DNA of 64,000 nt from Hydrurus foetidus (GCA_900617105.1 UYFQ01000032.1:62001-126000); one strand, 5' to 3'; shown: positions 40,162 through 51,703, counted from the stretch's first letter. Notes: generated by a model from the sequence alone, not told the origin. Numbers and translations: made by a program.

Positions 40162-41238
40162 TCAGCGTTGACCGCCAAGCAGCTTTGCCATGCGGATGGC
40201 AGCCAGCAGGCTCGATGGGTCTGCGCGGCCCGTGCCTGCAATGTCAAACGCCGTGCCGTGGTCCGGGCTGGTGCGCACCAGCGGCAGGCCCAGCGTCACA
40301 TTGACGCCCTGCTCCACCCCCAGGTACTTCACAGGAATCAGCCCCTGGTCGTGGTACATGGCCACCACCACATCGAATTCCCCCGGATGCCCCGCCGCGT
40401 GGCGCGCGCGCATGAACACCGTGTCAGGCGCATAAGGGCCAAACACTTGGCAGCCCTGGGCCCGCGCGGCCTCAATGGCCGGAATCACCGTGTCCAACTC
40501 CTCGCGGCCGAACAGGCCGCCCTCCCCCGCATGCGGGTTCACCCCCGCTACCGCAATGCGCGGCGCACGGCCCAGCGTGCGTAAGAGCGCGGCGTGGGTG
40601 ATCAGAATGGTTTGCAGCACGTTGTTCACGGTAACGGCGGCCAGCGCGTCGCGCAGTGAAACGTGAATGCTGACCAGCACCGTGCGCAGCTCATCGTTGG
40701 CGAGCATCATGCGCACGGGCATGGCATCCACCGCCACGCCTGCATGGCGCGCAGCGGCCGCCTGAAGCATCTCCGTGTGGCCGGGGTAGGCGTCGTAGGG
40801 CGCACCGGCGGCGGACAAGGCTTCCTTGTGCAGCGGCGCCGTAACCAGCGCAGCCACTTCGCCGCGCAAGGCCGCGTCAGCCGCCCACAGCACGCAGCGC
40901 CCGGCAAACTCTCCGGCAGCCGCACTGACCTGGCCCCAAGCCACGGGCGCCAAAGCCTCGCCCACCTGCAGCACGGGCAGACAGCGCGGGGGCAGTTGCG
41001 CCACCTCGGCAGGCGTGGCGATCTGCACCACGGGCATCGGCACTGGGCCCTGCACCACGGGCATCGGCACTGGGCCCTGCACCACGGCCAGCGCGCGCCG
41101 CATCGCCTGCACATCACCGGCCACAAAACAGCCTCGCAGAGCCTCCGGGTCGCGCAGGAACGACTGGGCGATGATTTCGGGGCCAATGCCGGCGGCATCG
41201 CCCAGCGTCAGGGCTATGGGGAGGACAGTGGCACTCAT
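40162..41238 (-). CDS. pdxA: 4-hydroxythreonine-4-phosphate dehydrogenase family (PdxA/PdxA2)
   Basis: GIGPEI, GHTE, NPHAGEGG, MYHDQG, RTSPDHGTAFDIAG. Confidence 0.9.
   Translation of the reverse strand: MSATVLPIALTLGDAAGIGPEIIAQSFLRDPEALRGCFVAGDVQAMRRALAVVQGPVPMPVVQGPVPMPVVQIATPAEVAQLPPRCLPVLQVGEALAPVAWGQVSAAAGEFAGRCVLWAADAALRGEVAALVTAPLHKEALSAAGAPYDAYPGHTEMLQAAAARHAGVAVDAMPVRMMLANDELRTVLVSIHVSLRDALAAVTVNNVLQTILITHAALLRTLGRAPRIAVAGVNPHAGEGGLFGREELDTVIPAIEAARAQGCQVFGPYAPDTVFMRARHAAGHPGEFDVVVAMYHDQGLIPVKYLGVEQGVNVTLGLPLVRTSPDHGTAFDIAGTGRADPSSLLAAIRMAKLLGGQR
41023..41087. repeat. Perfect 27-bp tandem duplication inside pdxA
   Basis: CTGCACCACGGGCATCGGCACTGGGCC x2 plus partial third; VVQGPVPMP twice. 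Confidence 0.92.
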
Positions 41239-41990
41239 GCGGGGTTGTCGATGTCGATAAAGGTATGGGCCAGCCCCAGTTGGGCTGCCACGTGGGCGGC
41301 GACGGCTGGCGCGCCGTAGCGCTCGCTGGCGTGGTGGCCGCAAGCGATGTAGGCCACCCCGCATTCGCGGGCGTAGTGGGCCTGGGGTTCCGAAATTTCG
41401 CCGGTGATGAAGGCGTCGGCCCCGGCGGCAATGGCGTCTTCAAAGTAGCCTTGCGCGCCACCGGTGCACCAGGCCACGCGGCTGATGGGCCCGCTGTGGC
41501 CCGGCACCAGCACCACAGAGCGGCCCAGTGCGGCTTGCACCTGGTCGGCCAGCACCTGCGCGCTCGCCCAAGGGCCAGTTGCGGAAGTGCCCAGCCAGCC
41601 CAGCTGCTGCTCGCCAAAGCGACCATCGCCCACCAGCCCCAGCACCTTGCCCAGCTGCGCGTTGTTGCCCAGCTCGGGGTGGGCGTCCAACGGCAGGTGG
41701 TAGGCAAACAGGTTAATGTTGTGCGCCAGCAGCAGGCCCAAGCGCTGGCGCATCCAGCCGGTCACGCGGCCATCGTGGCCGCGCCAGAACAGGCCGTGGT
41801 GTACCAGGATGGCGTCGGCGTTGGCCGCAATGGCCGCCTCGATCAAGGCTAGGCTGGCCGTGACCCCCGAGACCAGGGTGTGCACCTCGGCACGGCCCTC
41901 CACCTGCAGGCCGTTGGGGCCGTAGTCTTTGAAACGCTCGGGCTGCAGCAGCGCGTCCAGCGTGGTTTGCAAGATGGTGCGGTCGGTCAT
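41235..41990 (-). CDS. Nif3-like dinuclear metal-centre protein
   Basis: DYGPNGLQVEG, HHGLFW, YHLPLDAH, GHHASERYG. Confidence 0.93.
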   Translation of the reverse strand: MTDRTILQTTLDALLQPERFKDYGPNGLQVEGRAEVHTLVSGVTASLALIEAAIAANADAILVHHGLFWRGHDGRVTGWMRQRLGLLLAHNINLFAYHLPLDAHPELGNNAQLGKVLGLVGDGRFGEQQLGWLGTSATGPWASAQVLADQVQAALGRSVVLVPGHSGPISRVAWCTGGAQGYFEDAIAAGADAFITGEISEPQAHYARECGVAYIACGHHASERYGAPAVAAHVAAQLGLAHTFIDIDNPA

Positions 41991-42364
41991 GGTGCGATTG
42001 TCGGGGACGATTCGGGTTGCAGCGTGCTGTCGCAGCCCTGCCCTGCGGCAATCCAGCGGCGCGCGGCGCGGCGCAGCACGGCGGTGGCCAGCGGCTGCAG
42101 CCAGCGCAGGCCGCGGCGCCCGGTCCACGGCAGTGCCGCTTGCACCACGTCAGCGGGCGCGGTGATGGCACCGCAGCGGTATGCGGCGTCGGCGTCGCTC
42201 CAGCGCAGCGCGTCGCACGCGCCCCGGCGCTTGACTGAGAGCAGCATGCCCAGCGGACAGGGCTCGACCAGGCAGCACACGCCACAGCCATTGCAGGCCG
42301 CGCCGACAGCAGGCTTGGGCGGGGCCTCGGCATGGATGTGGATGGTGTGGGTAGAAGCTGGCAT
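41987..42364 (-). CDS. Cys-rich hypothetical protein
   Basis: CNGCGVCCLVEPCP, further Cys; ATGA coupling to nif3. Confidence 0.7.
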   Translation of the reverse strand: MPASTHTIHIHAEAPPKPAVGAACNGCGVCCLVEPCPLGMLLSVKRRGACDALRWSDADAAYRCGAITAPADVVQAALPWTGRRGLRWLQPLATAVLRRAARRWIAAGQGCDSTLQPESSPTIAP

Positions 42365-42454
42365 ATGTGGTGGATGCACTGTAACGCGGGGTGCTTGCCG
42401 CCTACAATTTGCCTGGTGCGGCGCGCCTGTGTGCGGCACATGCTGGATTTACCG

Positions 42455-43088
42455 ATGAAACGTCTCTGGTTGCTGTTCTCTCAAACCGCCACGGTGCTGC
42501 TGGCAGCGTATTTTGTGGTGGCCACGCTCAAGCCGCAATGGCTGGGCCACACGCCCAGCCTGGGCGGTGCGATTGCGCTGCTGGAGGCGCCGGCACTGGC
42601 GCCCGGAGAAGTCCCGCCCGGCAGTTTCCGTCTGGCCGCGCAAAAGGCCTCGGCCGCGGTGGTCAGCATCAACACCAGCAAGGCCGCCACCAAGAACCCG
42701 AATGCCAACGACCCCTGGTTCAAGTTTTTCTATGGCGACCAGGGCAGCGAAGCACAGGGCGGCCTGGGCAGCGGCGTGATCGTCAGCGCCAGCGGCTACA
42801 TCCTGACCAACAACCATGTGGTGGAAGACGCGGACGAGATCGAGGTGTTTTTGAACGACGGCCGCCACACCAAGGGCAAGGTGATCGGCACCGACCCCGA
42901 CAGCGACCTGGCCGTGGTGAAAATCGACTTGGACAAGCTGCCCACCATGGTGCTGGGCAACTCCGACAACCTGCAGGTGGGCGACCAGGTGCTGGCCATT
43001 GGCAACCCCTTTGGCGTGGGCCAGACCGTGACCAGCGGCATCGTCAGCGCGCTGGGGCGCAACCAGCTGGGCATCAACACCTTTGAGA

Positions 43089-43119
<31 letters not shown>

Positions 43120-43597
43120 CGGCAACTCGGGCGGCGCACTGGTGGACACCAATGGCCACCTGCTGGGCATCAACACCGCCATCTACTCGCGCTCTGGCGG
43201 CAGCATGGGCATTGGCTTTGCCATTCCCGTCAACACGGCCAAACAGGTGCTGGACGGCATTGTGAAAGACGGCCAGGTCACGCGTGGCTGGATTGGCGTG
43301 GAACCCAACGACCTCTCGCCCGAGCTGGCCGAGACCTTTGAGGTGAAAACGAAAGAGGGCGTGATCATCACCGGCGTGCTGCAAAACGGGCCCGCCGCCC
43401 AGGCCGGCGTGCGCCCCGGCGACGTGATTGTGAGCATTGCGGACAAGCCAATTGCCGACGTCACCCAACTGCTGTCGGTGGTGGCCTCGCTCAAGCCCGG
43501 CACCGCGGCGGCCTTCACCATCGAGCGCAAGAACCAGAAGGTGCAATTGAACGTGACCCCGGGCGTGCGGCCCAAGCCCAAGGTAGTGCCCCGCTAG
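42455..43597 (+). CDS. HtrA/DegQ-family serine protease with one PDZ domain
   Basis: LTNNHV, DLAVVK, QTDAAINPGNSGG. Confidence 0.93.
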
Positions 43598-43613
43598 ACG
43601 GCGCAGGCACCAT

Positions 43614-43645
43614 GCAAAAAGGCGACCCGATGGTCGCCTTTTTGC
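43614..43645. terminator. Bidirectional intrinsic terminator
   Basis: AAAAAGGCGACC-CGAT-GGTCGCCTTTTT between convergent genes. Confidence 0.85.
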
Positions 43646-43705
43646 TATGGATTTAGGAGCTGCTCGCGCAATATCTGCGCGGGCTAGCGGCCTGAAAGGC
43701 TTAAG
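43642..43705 (+). repeat. ~62-bp interspersed repeat, copy 6
   Basis: GCTA TGGATTTAG GAGC TGCTCGCGCA ATATCTGCG CGGGCTAGCGGCC; reaches tatC stop. Confidence 0.85.
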
Positions 43706-44492
43706 AATCTGGGGTGGGGGCCTCTTCGGGAGGTGCCTGGGTGTGCTTCATGAAAATCTGCGCGGCCCAGATGCCGATCTCGTACAGGATGCACATGGGA
43801 ATCGCCAGCGCCAGCTGCGACACCACATCGGGCGGGGTGACGATGGCAGCGGCAACAAAGGCCACCACAATGAAATAGCTGCGAAAGCCCTTGAGCTTTT
43901 CGATGCTCACCAGTCCCATGCGGGCCAGTACGATCACCACAATGGGCACCTCAAACGCCAAGCCAAAGGCCAGGAACATGGAGAGCACAAAGTCTAGGTA
44001 CGCCTCGATATCGGGCGTGGCCGAAATGCTCTTGGGCGCAAAGCCCTGGATGAACTTGAACACCTGGCCGAACACAAAGAAGTAGCAAAACGCCACCCCA
44101 ATGAAGAACAGCAACGTGCTGGAAACCACCAGTGGCAGCACCAGCTTTTTCTCGTGGCTGTAGAGGCCCGGCGCCACAAAGGCCCACACTTGCCACAGCA
44201 CCACCGGCAACGCCAGCAAGAACGCCGCCATCAGCATAATCTTGAGTGGCACCAAAAAGGGCGAGATCACCGAGGTAGCGATCAGCTTGCCGCCCGCCGG
44301 CAGCGAGGCCACCAGTGGCGCGGCCAGGATGTCGTAGAGCGCGGCCGGGCCGGGGAAGATCGCCAGCACGGCCATGGCCACGCCCACGGCGATGGCAGCC
44401 TTGACCAGCCGGTCGCGCAGCTCCATCAAATGCTGCACAAAAGGCTGCTCGGTGCCGGCAAGCTCGTCTTGCGGATTGTTGTCTGATGCCAT
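43701..44492 (-). CDS. tatC: Tat translocase TatC
   Basis: HLMELRDRL, FVAPGLYSHEK, FEVP, TPPDVVSQ. Confidence 0.96.
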   Translation of the reverse strand: MASDNNPQDELAGTEQPFVQHLMELRDRLVKAAIAVGVAMAVLAIFPGPAALYDILAAPLVASLPAGGKLIATSVISPFLVPLKIMLMAAFLLALPVVLWQVWAFVAPGLYSHEKKLVLPLVVSSTLLFFIGVAFCYFFVFGQVFKFIQGFAPKSISATPDIEAYLDFVLSMFLAFGLAFEVPIVVIVLARMGLVSIEKLKGFRSYFIVVAFVAAAIVTPPDVVSQLALAIPMCILYEIGIWAAQIFMKHTQAPPEEAPTPDS

Positions 44493-44513
44493 GGGGAGAG
44501 ATGTTGGTGCCGG

Positions 44514-44957
44514 TTAGCGCACGCGGGGCGGACGGAACCGTGCCACGCGCGCAGCGCCCGACTGCGCCCGGGTACGCACGCCCGCACGGGCCTTGTACCA
44601 CTGCGGCATGGCGCCCTGCTTGAGGCGCCAGTTCTTGTTCGGGTGCTTGTATTGGGGAGGCACGGGCTCCAGTGCCGCGTCGGTGGCGTCAGACCACGAT
44701 TTCTCAAAATCGCTGGCCTGCGTCTGGATGGAGTTTTCCACGTCGCGGGCGGCACCCTCCACCGTTTCGCGCATCTTCTTGAGCTCGTCCAGCTCCATCG
44801 AGCGACTCACCTCGGCCTTGACGTCGGCCACATAGCGCTGCGCCTTGCCGAGCAAGGCGCCCACGGTGCGGGCCACTTTGGGCAGCTTCTCGGGCCCGAT
44901 GACGATCAACGCCACCGCGCCGATCAGCGCCATCTTCGAAATGCCGAGGTCAATCAC
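44514..44957 (-). CDS. tatB: Tat translocase TatB
   Basis: [18 protein letters not shown]. Confidence 0.93.
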   Translation of the reverse strand: MIDLGISKMALIGAVALIVIGPEKLPKVARTVGALLGKAQRYVADVKAEVSRSMELDELKKMRETVEGAARDVENSIQTQASDFEKSWSDATDAALEPVPPQYKHPNKNWRLKQGAMPQWYKARAGVRTRAQSGAARVARFRPPRVR

Positions 44958-44971
44958 GCAGTGCTAACGCT

Positions 44972-45211
44972 TTAGTTTTTTTGCTTGGCTTCCACGTCGA
45001 TCGTGGTTTTGTCGGAAGCGGCATTGGCCACTTGCTGTGCGGGGGCAACAGGCTTGTCGTCAGCCGAAGCTGCGCCGTCTTTCATGCCGTCCTTGAAGCC
45101 CTTGACCGCGCCACCCAGGTCAGAACCCATGTTCTTGAGCTTCTTGGTGCCGAACACCATGACCACGATCAGCAAAACGATCAACCAGTGCCAAATGGAA
45201 AATGAACCCAT
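44972..45211 (-). CDS. tatA: Tat translocase TatA
   Basis: SIWHWLIV...[14 protein letters not shown]. Confidence 0.95.
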   Translation of the reverse strand: MGSFSIWHWLIVLLIVVMVFGTKKLKNMGSDLGGAVKGFKDGMKDGAASADDKPVAPAQQVANAASDKTTIDVEAKQKN

Positions 45212-45261
45212 GATTTACTCCTAACGATGTGTTGAATTCTAGTCGCCGCGCGTGAACGCGA

Positions 45262-45636
45262 TCAGCCGCGCAGCCACGGACGCGGACCACCCATGACGTG
45301 GAAGTGCAGATGGTGCACTTCCTGCCCCCCTTCCGCGCCAGTGTTGGTGACCAGGCGGTAGCCGCCATCCGGGTAGGGATTGCAACCCTCTTGCATGGCC
45401 AGCTTGGGTACCAGGGCCATCATATGCCCCATCAATGCGGCATGTTCCGGCCCCACGTGCGCCATGCTGGCGATGTGGGCTTTGGGAACAAGCAAGAAAT
45501 GGACCGGCGCCCAGGGGTTGATGTCGTGAAAGGCATAGACCTGGTCGTCCTCGTAGACCGTTTTGGACGGAATCTGTTTGGCGATGATCTTGCAGAAAAT
45601 GCAGTTGGCGTCGTGGCCCGGAACGTGCTCGCTCAT
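45262..45636 (-). CDS. HIT-family nucleotide-binding protein
   Basis: CIFCKI, GQEVHHLHFHVMGG. Confidence 0.93.
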   Translation of the reverse strand: MSEHVPGHDANCIFCKIIAKQIPSKTVYEDDQVYAFHDINPWAPVHFLLVPKAHIASMAHVGPEHAALMGHMMALVPKLAMQEGCNPYPDGGYRLVTNTGAEGGQEVHHLHFHVMGGPRPWLRG

Positions 45637-46031
45637 GCTGGACCTATCTCCCGGCCTTTGTTCATGGCCATAAACCCGGTGACGATGCGGTAGAGGAACC
45701 ACACCGAGATAATCGCCCACGCAATTGCTCCGGGGACATACAAAAGCAGGAACAGAGGAAAGGTCACAACGTACAGCACGCCCGCAATGAGCACGGTGCG
45801 AATGCGCCAGCGAAAGTGCGAGGCATGCCAGGTGCCGGCCGCGCTATCGCGCTTGACCAGGTCCAGGATCAGCGCAACCAGCAGCAAAGTCATGCCGAAT
45901 TGCCCTCCGGGAATGAAGGCACTCACGGCCACGACCAAATGCAACACATAGCTGATGGTGCCCACGGTATTGAGCGACTGCAGCTTTTGCAAGCTGGCCG
46001 CGTCGTTGGGGGTGGTGAAATCCTGGCTCAT
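45633..46031 (-). CDS. Small membrane protein (DUF4870-like)
   Basis: Three hydrophobic segments; SHFRWRIRT, WFLYRI. Confidence 0.75.
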   Translation of the reverse strand: MSQDFTTPNDAASLQKLQSLNTVGTISYVLHLVVAVSAFIPGGQFGMTLLLVALILDLVKRDSAAGTWHASHFRWRIRTVLIAGVLYVVTFPLFLLLYVPGAIAWAIISVWFLYRIVTGFMAMNKGREIGPA

Positions 46032-46043
46032 CTGCTTGCTCCT

Positions 46044-46424
46044 TTAAGAGGGTTCGACTTTGGGCTCCGCCTCACGCGCGATCGCTTTGCGCAGGGCTTT
46101 TTCTTCCAGACCGCTGGTGCCCACACGGCGCTCCAGCTCGGCAATCACATCGGCAGGCGAGAGGCCATAGTGCGACAGCGCCACCATGCAGTGGAACCAC
46201 AGGTCGGCCACTTCGTAGACGATCTTGCTGGCGTCACCGCCGTGGTCAGCGTCCTTGGCGGCCATCACTACTTCGGTGGCTTCTTCGCCAATTTTCTTCA
46301 AAAAGGCGTCGGGCCCTTTGTGCAGCAGGCGGGACACGTAGCTGGCGTCCGGGTTGCCGCCATTGGCGACCTTGCGGCTTTCAATCATGGCGGCCAATGC
46401 GGCCAGAGAGTCTTGAGATGTCAT
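46044..46424 (-). CDS. hisE: Phosphoribosyl-ATP pyrophosphatase
   Basis: [18 protein letters not shown]. Confidence 0.94.
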   Translation of the reverse strand: MTSQDSLAALAAMIESRKVANGGNPDASYVSRLLHKGPDAFLKKIGEEATEVVMAAKDADHGGDASKIVYEVADLWFHCMVALSHYGLSPADVIAELERRVGTSGLEEKALRKAIAREAEPKVEPS

Positions 46425-46473
46425 TTAATCAGTTGGGGACAGAGCTGAAGATCTGTCCCGCAAGGTTATAGGC

Positions 46474-46887
46474 TTACTTATAGATGGACTCGGGGTCTTT
46501 CAAGACCGGGTCCACAGATTTCCACTCGCCATTTTCCAATACGCTGAAAAAACAGCTGTGGCGGCCGGTGTGGCAGGCGATGCCGGGCTCGTGGCCGAGC
46601 TGGGTGACCTTGAGCAAAATCACGTCGTTGTCGCAGTCCATGCGGATTTCGTGCACGGTTTGCACGTGGCCGGACTCTTCGCCCTTGTACCAAAGCTTGT
46701 CGCGCGTGCGGCTGAAGTACACGGCCCGACCCAGCTCCACGGTTTTTTGCAGGGCCTCGCGGTTCATCCAGGCGAACATCAGCACGTCGTTCGTGCCCTG
46801 CTCCTGCGCAATCACCGGCACCAGGCCTTTGGAGTCCCAGCGGATGTGTTTAAGCCAGCTCACAGGCGGTGTGGGGGTGGGTTCCAT
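46474..46887 (-). CDS. hisI: Phosphoribosyl-AMP cyclohydrolase
   Basis: [21 protein letters not shown]. Confidence 0.95.
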   Translation of the reverse strand: MEPTPTPPVSWLKHIRWDSKGLVPVIAQEQGTNDVLMFAWMNREALQKTVELGRAVYFSRTRDKLWYKGEESGHVQTVHEIRMDCDNDVILLKVTQLGHEPGIACHTGRHSCFFSVLENGEWKSVDPVLKDPESIYK

Positions 46888-46951
46888 GTGCTATCCAATT
46901 CATAGCTGCTCGCGCAGCGTTTACGGGGGCTAGAGGCCTAAAACGCTTAAA
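46888..46951 (+). repeat. ~62-bp interspersed repeat, copy 7 (fills hisF-hisI spacer)
   Basis: GCTA TCCAATTCA TAGC TGCTCGCGCA GCGTTTACG GGGGCTAGAGGCC. Confidence 0.85.
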
Positions 46952-47726
46952 TTCGCACCGGGATGCCGCGTTCGGCCATGCGGGCCTTGGCCTGGCCTAC
47001 GGTGTATTCGCCGTAGTGGAAGATGCTGGCGGCCAGCACCGCATCGGCGCCGCCCTGCTGCACGCCGTCGGCCAGGTGGTCCAGATTGCCCACGCCGCCA
47101 GAGGCGATGACGGGCACGCTGATGGCATCGGCTACGGCGCGTGTCAGCGCCAGGTCGAAGCCGCTCTTGGTGCCGTCGCGGTCCATGCTGGTGAGCAGAA
47201 TTTCGCCTGCACCGCGGCGCGCCATTTCGGTCGCCCAGGCCACAGCGTCCAGCCCAGTGTTTTTGCGGCCACCATGGCTATATACGTCCCAGCCCGCGCC
47301 ACGGGTGGCGGCGTCTTCCTCGGAGCGGCGCTTGGCGTCAATCGCCACCACGATGCATTGGGCACCGTACTTCAGCGACGCGTCTTCAATGACTTGGGGG
47401 TTGGCCAGCGCCGCCGAGTTGAAACTCACCTTGTCGGCTCCCGCGTTGAGCAAGCGGCGCACGTCTTCCACCACCCGCACGCCGCCGCCCACCGTCAGCG
47501 GGATGAAGACCTGGCTGGCCACGGCTTCGATGATGTGCAGGATCAGGTCGCGCCCATCGCTGGTGGCGGTGATGTCCAGAAATGTGAGTTCGTCGGCGCC
47601 TTGGTCGTTGTAGCGGGCGGCGATTTCGACGGGGTCACCGGCGTCGCGCAGCTCCACGAAGTTCACACCCTTCACGACACGGCCGCCGGTCACATCCAGG
47701 CAGGGAATGATGCGTTTGGCGAGCAT
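46947..47726 (-). CDS. hisF: Imidazole glycerol phosphate synthase, cyclase subunit
   Basis: [21 protein letters not shown]. Confidence 0.97.
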   Translation of the reverse strand: MLAKRIIPCLDVTGGRVVKGVNFVELRDAGDPVEIAARYNDQGADELTFLDITATSDGRDLILHIIEAVASQVFIPLTVGGGVRVVEDVRRLLNAGADKVSFNSAALANPQVIEDASLKYGAQCIVVAIDAKRRSEEDAATRGAGWDVYSHGGRKNTGLDAVAWATEMARRGAGEILLTSMDRDGTKSGFDLALTRAVADAISVPVIASGGVGNLDHLADGVQQGGADAVLAASIFHYGEYTVGQAKARMAERGIPVRI

Positions 47727-48466
47727 CAGCCGTTCAATTCGTCAGCGCGCTCTTGCGCCTTGGCAAAGTCCAGGTCGCCGCTGTAGATGGCGCGGCCGCA
47801 GATCACACCTTCCACGCCTTCGCTCTCCACCTCGCACAGGGCTTCGATGTCGGCCATGTTGGACAGGCCACCCGACGCGATGACGGGGATGGTCAGGGCT
47901 TGGGCCAGCTTGACGGTGGCGTCGATGTTGATGCCACTGAGCATGCCGTCACGGCCGATGTCGGTGTAGATGATGCCTTCTACGCCGTAGTCTTCAAACT
48001 TTTTGCCCAGGTCGATCACGTCGTGGCGGGTGAGCTTGCTCCAGCCGTCGGTGGCCACCTTGCCATCGCGCGCATCCAGGCCCACGATGATGTGACCGCC
48101 AAACGCTGTGCAGGCGTCTTGCAGAAAGCCGGGGTTCTTGACCGCGGCGGTGCCAATGATGACGTAGCGCAGGCCGGCGTCCAGGTAGCGCTCAATCGTG
48201 TCCAGGTCGCGGATACCGCCGCCCAGCTGCACGTCGATCTCGTTGCCCACTTCCTTCAGGATCTTGCGGATCGCCATCTCGTTTTTGGGATGGCCGGCAA
48301 AGGCGCCGTTCAAGTCGACCAGGTGCAGGCGCCTTGCGCCTTTGTCTACCCAACTGCGGGCCATGACCGCAGGGTCCTCGCCGAAGGTGGTGGATTGGTC
48401 CATATCGCCTTGTTTGAGGCGTACACAGTGGCCGTCTTTGAGGTCAATCGCAGGAATTAAAAGCAT
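47726..48466 (-). CDS. hisA: ProFAR isomerase
   Basis: [24 protein letters not shown]. Confidence 0.96.
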   Translation of the reverse strand: MLLIPAIDLKDGHCVRLKQGDMDQSTTFGEDPAVMARSWVDKGARRLHLVDLNGAFAGHPKNEMAIRKILKEVGNEIDVQLGGGIRDLDTIERYLDAGLRYVIIGTAAVKNPGFLQDACTAFGGHIIVGLDARDGKVATDGWSKLTRHDVIDLGKKFEDYGVEGIIYTDIGRDGMLSGINIDATVKLAQALTIPVIASGGLSNMADIEALCEVESEGVEGVICGRAIYSGDLDFAKAQERADELNG

Positions 48467-48534
48467 GGTGCTTCAGGGTTGGAGGAAAAAGAGAGTCGCG
48501 TTGCCAGATGCAGAAGTGCGGCAAGGATCAAGAT

Positions 48535-49194
48535 TCAAGGATTCCAGTGCAGGAAGTTACGGTAGAGGGACAAGCCATGCTCAGCGCTTTTTTCAGGGTG
48601 GAATTGGGTTGCGAAAATATTATCGCGTGCAATCGCCGCTGAAAAGCGCTGGCCATAGTCCGTCTCGCCTACGCTGTGGCGCGCATCAGACGGTTGGGCG
48701 TAGTAACTGTGTACAAAGTAGAAGTAACTGCCATCGGGCACCTCGCCCCACACCGGGTGCTTGGGCACACCACCATGGCTGGTCTGCCAGACCTGGTTCC
48801 AGCCCATTTGCGGCACTTTGTAGCGGCTCCCGTCAGGCTGAATTTGCCCGGCCAGCTCAAACTTGACCACCTCGCCAGGAATCAGGCCCAGGCTGGCGGT
48901 GTTCTGCTCATCGCTGTGGTCCAGCAGCATTTGCATGCCCACGCACACGCCCATCAGCGGTTTGTTGGCAGCGGCGTGCATCACGGCGTCATACATGCCG
49001 GAGTCGTGCAACTCGCGCATGCAGTCGCGCATGGCGCCCTGGCCCGGCAGCACCACGCGCTCGGCGTCCATCACCTCTTGCGCGGTGCGGGCCCAGACCA
49101 CTTCCACTCCGGCATCGGCGGCCACGTGCATCACCGCCTGGGTGACCGAACGCAGGTTGCCCATGCCGTAGTCCACCACCGCCACTTTTTTCAT
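48535..49194 (-). CDS. hisH: IGP synthase glutaminase subunit
   Basis: [23 protein letters not shown]. Confidence 0.96.
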   Translation of the reverse strand: MKKVAVVDYGMGNLRSVTQAVMHVAADAGVEVVWARTAQEVMDAERVVLPGQGAMRDCMRELHDSGMYDAVMHAAANKPLMGVCVGMQMLLDHSDEQNTASLGLIPGEVVKFELAGQIQPDGSRYKVPQMGWNQVWQTSHGGVPKHPVWGEVPDGSYFYFVHSYYAQPSDARHSVGETDYGQRFSAAIARDNIFATQFHPEKSAEHGLSLYRNFLHWNP

Positions 49195-49826
49195 TACAGC
49201 GAGCCCTTGGTGGAAGGAATCATGCCCAGGGCGCGCGGGTCAAACTCGATGGCGGCGCGCAGCGCGCGGGCGAAGGCCTTGAACACGGTTTCGGCCTGGT
49301 GGTGGGCGTTTTCACCCTTGAGGTTGTCAATGTGCAGGGTCACAAAGGCGTGGTTCACAAAGCCCTGGAAGAACTCGTGGGTGAGCTGCGTGTCAAACGC
49401 GCCGATCATGCCGCTCTTGAAGGGCACATTCATCTCCAACCCGGGGCGGCCTGAAAAGTCAATTACTACGCGGGAGAGCGCTTCGTCCAGCGGCACATAG
49501 GCGTGGCCGTAGCGGCGAATGCCCTTTTTGTCGCCAATCGCCTGGTGAAAAGCCTGGCCCAGCGTGATGCCCACGTCTTCCACGGTGTGGTGGCCGTCGA
49601 TGTGCAGGTCGCCATCGGCCTCGATGTCGAGGTCGATCATGCCGTGGCGGGCGATCTGGTCCAGCATGTGGTCGAAAAAGCCAATGCCGGTGTGCAGATT
49701 GGCCTTGCCCGTACCGTCCAGGTTGACGCGGACCTTGATCTTGGTCTCTGCGGTGTTGCGCGACACCTCGGCAATGCGGGGCGCGTAGGTCTGGGGCACT
49801 TCGGTCAATGGGTAGTTGGTAGTCAT
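49194..49826 (-). CDS. hisB: Imidazoleglycerol-phosphate dehydratase
   Basis: [21 protein letters not shown]. Confidence 0.96.
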   Translation of the reverse strand: MTTNYPLTEVPQTYAPRIAEVSRNTAETKIKVRVNLDGTGKANLHTGIGFFDHMLDQIARHGMIDLDIEADGDLHIDGHHTVEDVGITLGQAFHQAIGDKKGIRRYGHAYVPLDEALSRVVIDFSGRPGLEMNVPFKSGMIGAFDTQLTHEFFQGFVNHAFVTLHIDNLKGENAHHQAETVFKAFARALRAAIEFDPRALGMIPSTKGSL

Positions 49827-50983
49827 AGGAATTCCTGCAGGGCCTGCAAAAGCTGCGCGTTCTCGGTGGCGGTGCCAACGGTGAGCCGCAAACATTGGGC
49901 CAGCAATGGGTGCATTTTAGAAACGTTCTTGACCAGAACGCCGCGCGCCTTGAGGCCATCGAACACTTTTTGTGCCTTATCCACCTCAGAAGCGCCCTCG
50001 CCTTCCAGGCGAATCAGCACCATATTGGCGTCGCTGTTCCAGGCCTTGATGCCCGGCAAAGCCCGCAATGCTCCTAAAAGCGTAGCACGCTGCGCACAGA
50101 TGTCGCGGGCTTGCGCCGCAAAAGCCTCTTGGTGTTCCAGCGCAAACAGCGCGCATTCGTAGTTCAGCACGCTGATGTTGTAGGGCGGGCGCACCTTGTC
50201 CACCTGGGCGATGAGCGCCTTGGGGCCCACCATGTAACCAATGCGCACACCGGCCAGGCCAAACTTGCTCATGGTGCGCATCAACAGCACATGGGCGTTA
50301 TCGGCCGGGTTGGCGCGGATCACGTCCAGGTAGGTGCGGCTGGAAAACGGCTGGTAGGCCTCGTCAATCGCCACGATGCTGCCCGCCGCCTGCGCTGCCG
50401 CCACCACACGCACCATGTCGGCCTCATTCCACAGGTTGGCCGTGGGGTTGTTGGGGTAGGCCAGGTAGACGATGGCGGGCTGCTTCTCGGTGATGGCCTG
50501 CACCATGGCCGGCACGTCCAGCTCAAAGTCGGCCGTGAGCGGCACGCCGATGAAGTCCAGCCCCTGGAGCTGCGCGCTCATGGCGTACATCACAAAGCCC
50601 GGCAGCGGCGCCAGGATGGCGGGCTTGGGCTGGCCGGGCGCCACGGGCACGTCGCAGGCCATGGCCAAGAGCGAGATGAGCTCGTCCGAGCCATTGCCCA
50701 GCATGATGTCAAAGCCCTCGGGCATGCCTGCATAAGCGGCCAGCGCTTGGCGCAAGTCGTTCACGCGGCCATCGGGGTAGCGGTTCAGCGCCAGCGCGCC
50801 CAGGCGGAGGCCCAAAGCCTCTTGCAGCTCGGCGGGCAGGCGGTGCGGGTTCTCCATGGCGTCCAGCTTGACCATACCTTTGGAGTCCTGAATGGCGTAG
50901 GCGTGCATGGACTGCACGTCCTGGCGGATACGGCGCTGAATCAACGCGTTCACGGGGCTGTCAGCAGAAGCGGTAGAGGTCAT
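49823..50983 (-). CDS. hisC: Histidinol-phosphate aminotransferase
   Basis: NRYPD, GNGSDE, PNNPT, DEAY, RTMSK. Confidence 0.94.
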   Translation of the reverse strand: MTSTASADSPVNALIQRRIRQDVQSMHAYAIQDSKGMVKLDAMENPHRLPAELQEALGLRLGALALNRYPDGRVNDLRQALAAYAGMPEGFDIMLGNGSDELISLLAMACDVPVAPGQPKPAILAPLPGFVMYAMSAQLQGLDFIGVPLTADFELDVPAMVQAITEKQPAIVYLAYPNNPTANLWNEADMVRVVAAAQAAGSIVAIDEAYQPFSSRTYLDVIRANPADNAHVLLMRTMSKFGLAGVRIGYMVGPKALIAQVDKVRPPYNISVLNYECALFALEHQEAFAAQARDICAQRATLLGALRALPGIKAWNSDANMVLIRLEGEGASEVDKAQKVFDGLKARGVLVKNVSKMHPLLAQCLRLTVGTATENAQLLQALQEFL

Positions 50984-51007
50984 GCGGAGACTTTCAGAGC
51001 TAAAAAA

Positions 51008-51472
51008 CTAGTCGGCCAGCGCCACATCGGCGGGCGTGGCTTGCAAAGGGCTGAGGATGGTGACGCCGTCGATCTGCTGGCCGTGCTGCAGGTCCAGCGA
51101 CAGCACATGAGTGGCCCCGCTTTGCGCGGCGGCCGCCACGATGAGCGCGTCCCAATACGGCAGACCAAAGCGGGCCTCCACGCCCCAGGCGGTTTCCACG
51201 GTCTGGTGGTCAATCTGCCAGGGCTGCCAGAGCTGGTAGCGGCGCAGCTTGGCGCGTGCGTCGCCTTGGGGCATGGCGAAGTGCTGGGTGGCGCTGACGT
51301 AATAGGCGTTCAGCACTTGGGTGCTGACCCGCCCAGCCCGGCGCTGCCACAGCGCCTGCAACCAGTCGCGCACGCGCGCCTGGCGGGTGGCATCAAAGGC
51401 GTCGTCCGCGGCCAGCAGCACGTTGGTATCCACGAAGACGATGGCGCCCGAAGTGTCGAGCGGACTAGCCAT
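51008..51472 (-). CDS. PIN-domain (VapC-like) toxin
   Basis: VFVDTNVLL, VSTQVL, YWDALIVAAA, SLDLQHGQ. Confidence 0.88.
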   Translation of the reverse strand: MASPLDTSGAIVFVDTNVLLAADDAFDATRQARVRDWLQALWQRRAGRVSTQVLNAYYVSATQHFAMPQGDARAKLRRYQLWQPWQIDHQTVETAWGVEARFGLPYWDALIVAAAAQSGATHVLSLDLQHGQQIDGVTILSPLQATPADVALAD

Positions 51473-51689
51473 TCAGGGCCTCCCGCTGGGGGTAGGGCTT
51501 GCCGCCCGAACTGAACGACGAGGTGTCCGCCACCCAGTCGCGCTGCGCGCGGGCGTAGGCGTCGTCATGCTGCATCTTGTCGGTCAGCATCTCCCCGACC
51601 AGCCGCGACACGCTGGTATTGCGCCGGGCCGCCTCGATGCGCACCCACTCCAGCGTGGCGTCTTCGACGGTAATGGTGACGTTTTTCAT
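51465..51689 (-). CDS. Ribbon-helix-helix antitoxin
   Basis: MKNVTITVEDATLEWVRIEAARRNTSVSRLV; overlaps PIN gene. Confidence 0.82.
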   Translation of the reverse strand: MKNVTITVEDATLEWVRIEAARRNTSVSRLVGEMLTDKMQHDDAYARAQRDWVADTSSFSSGGKPYPQREALNG

Positions 51690-51703
51690 GCTGATGCCAG
51701 TTT

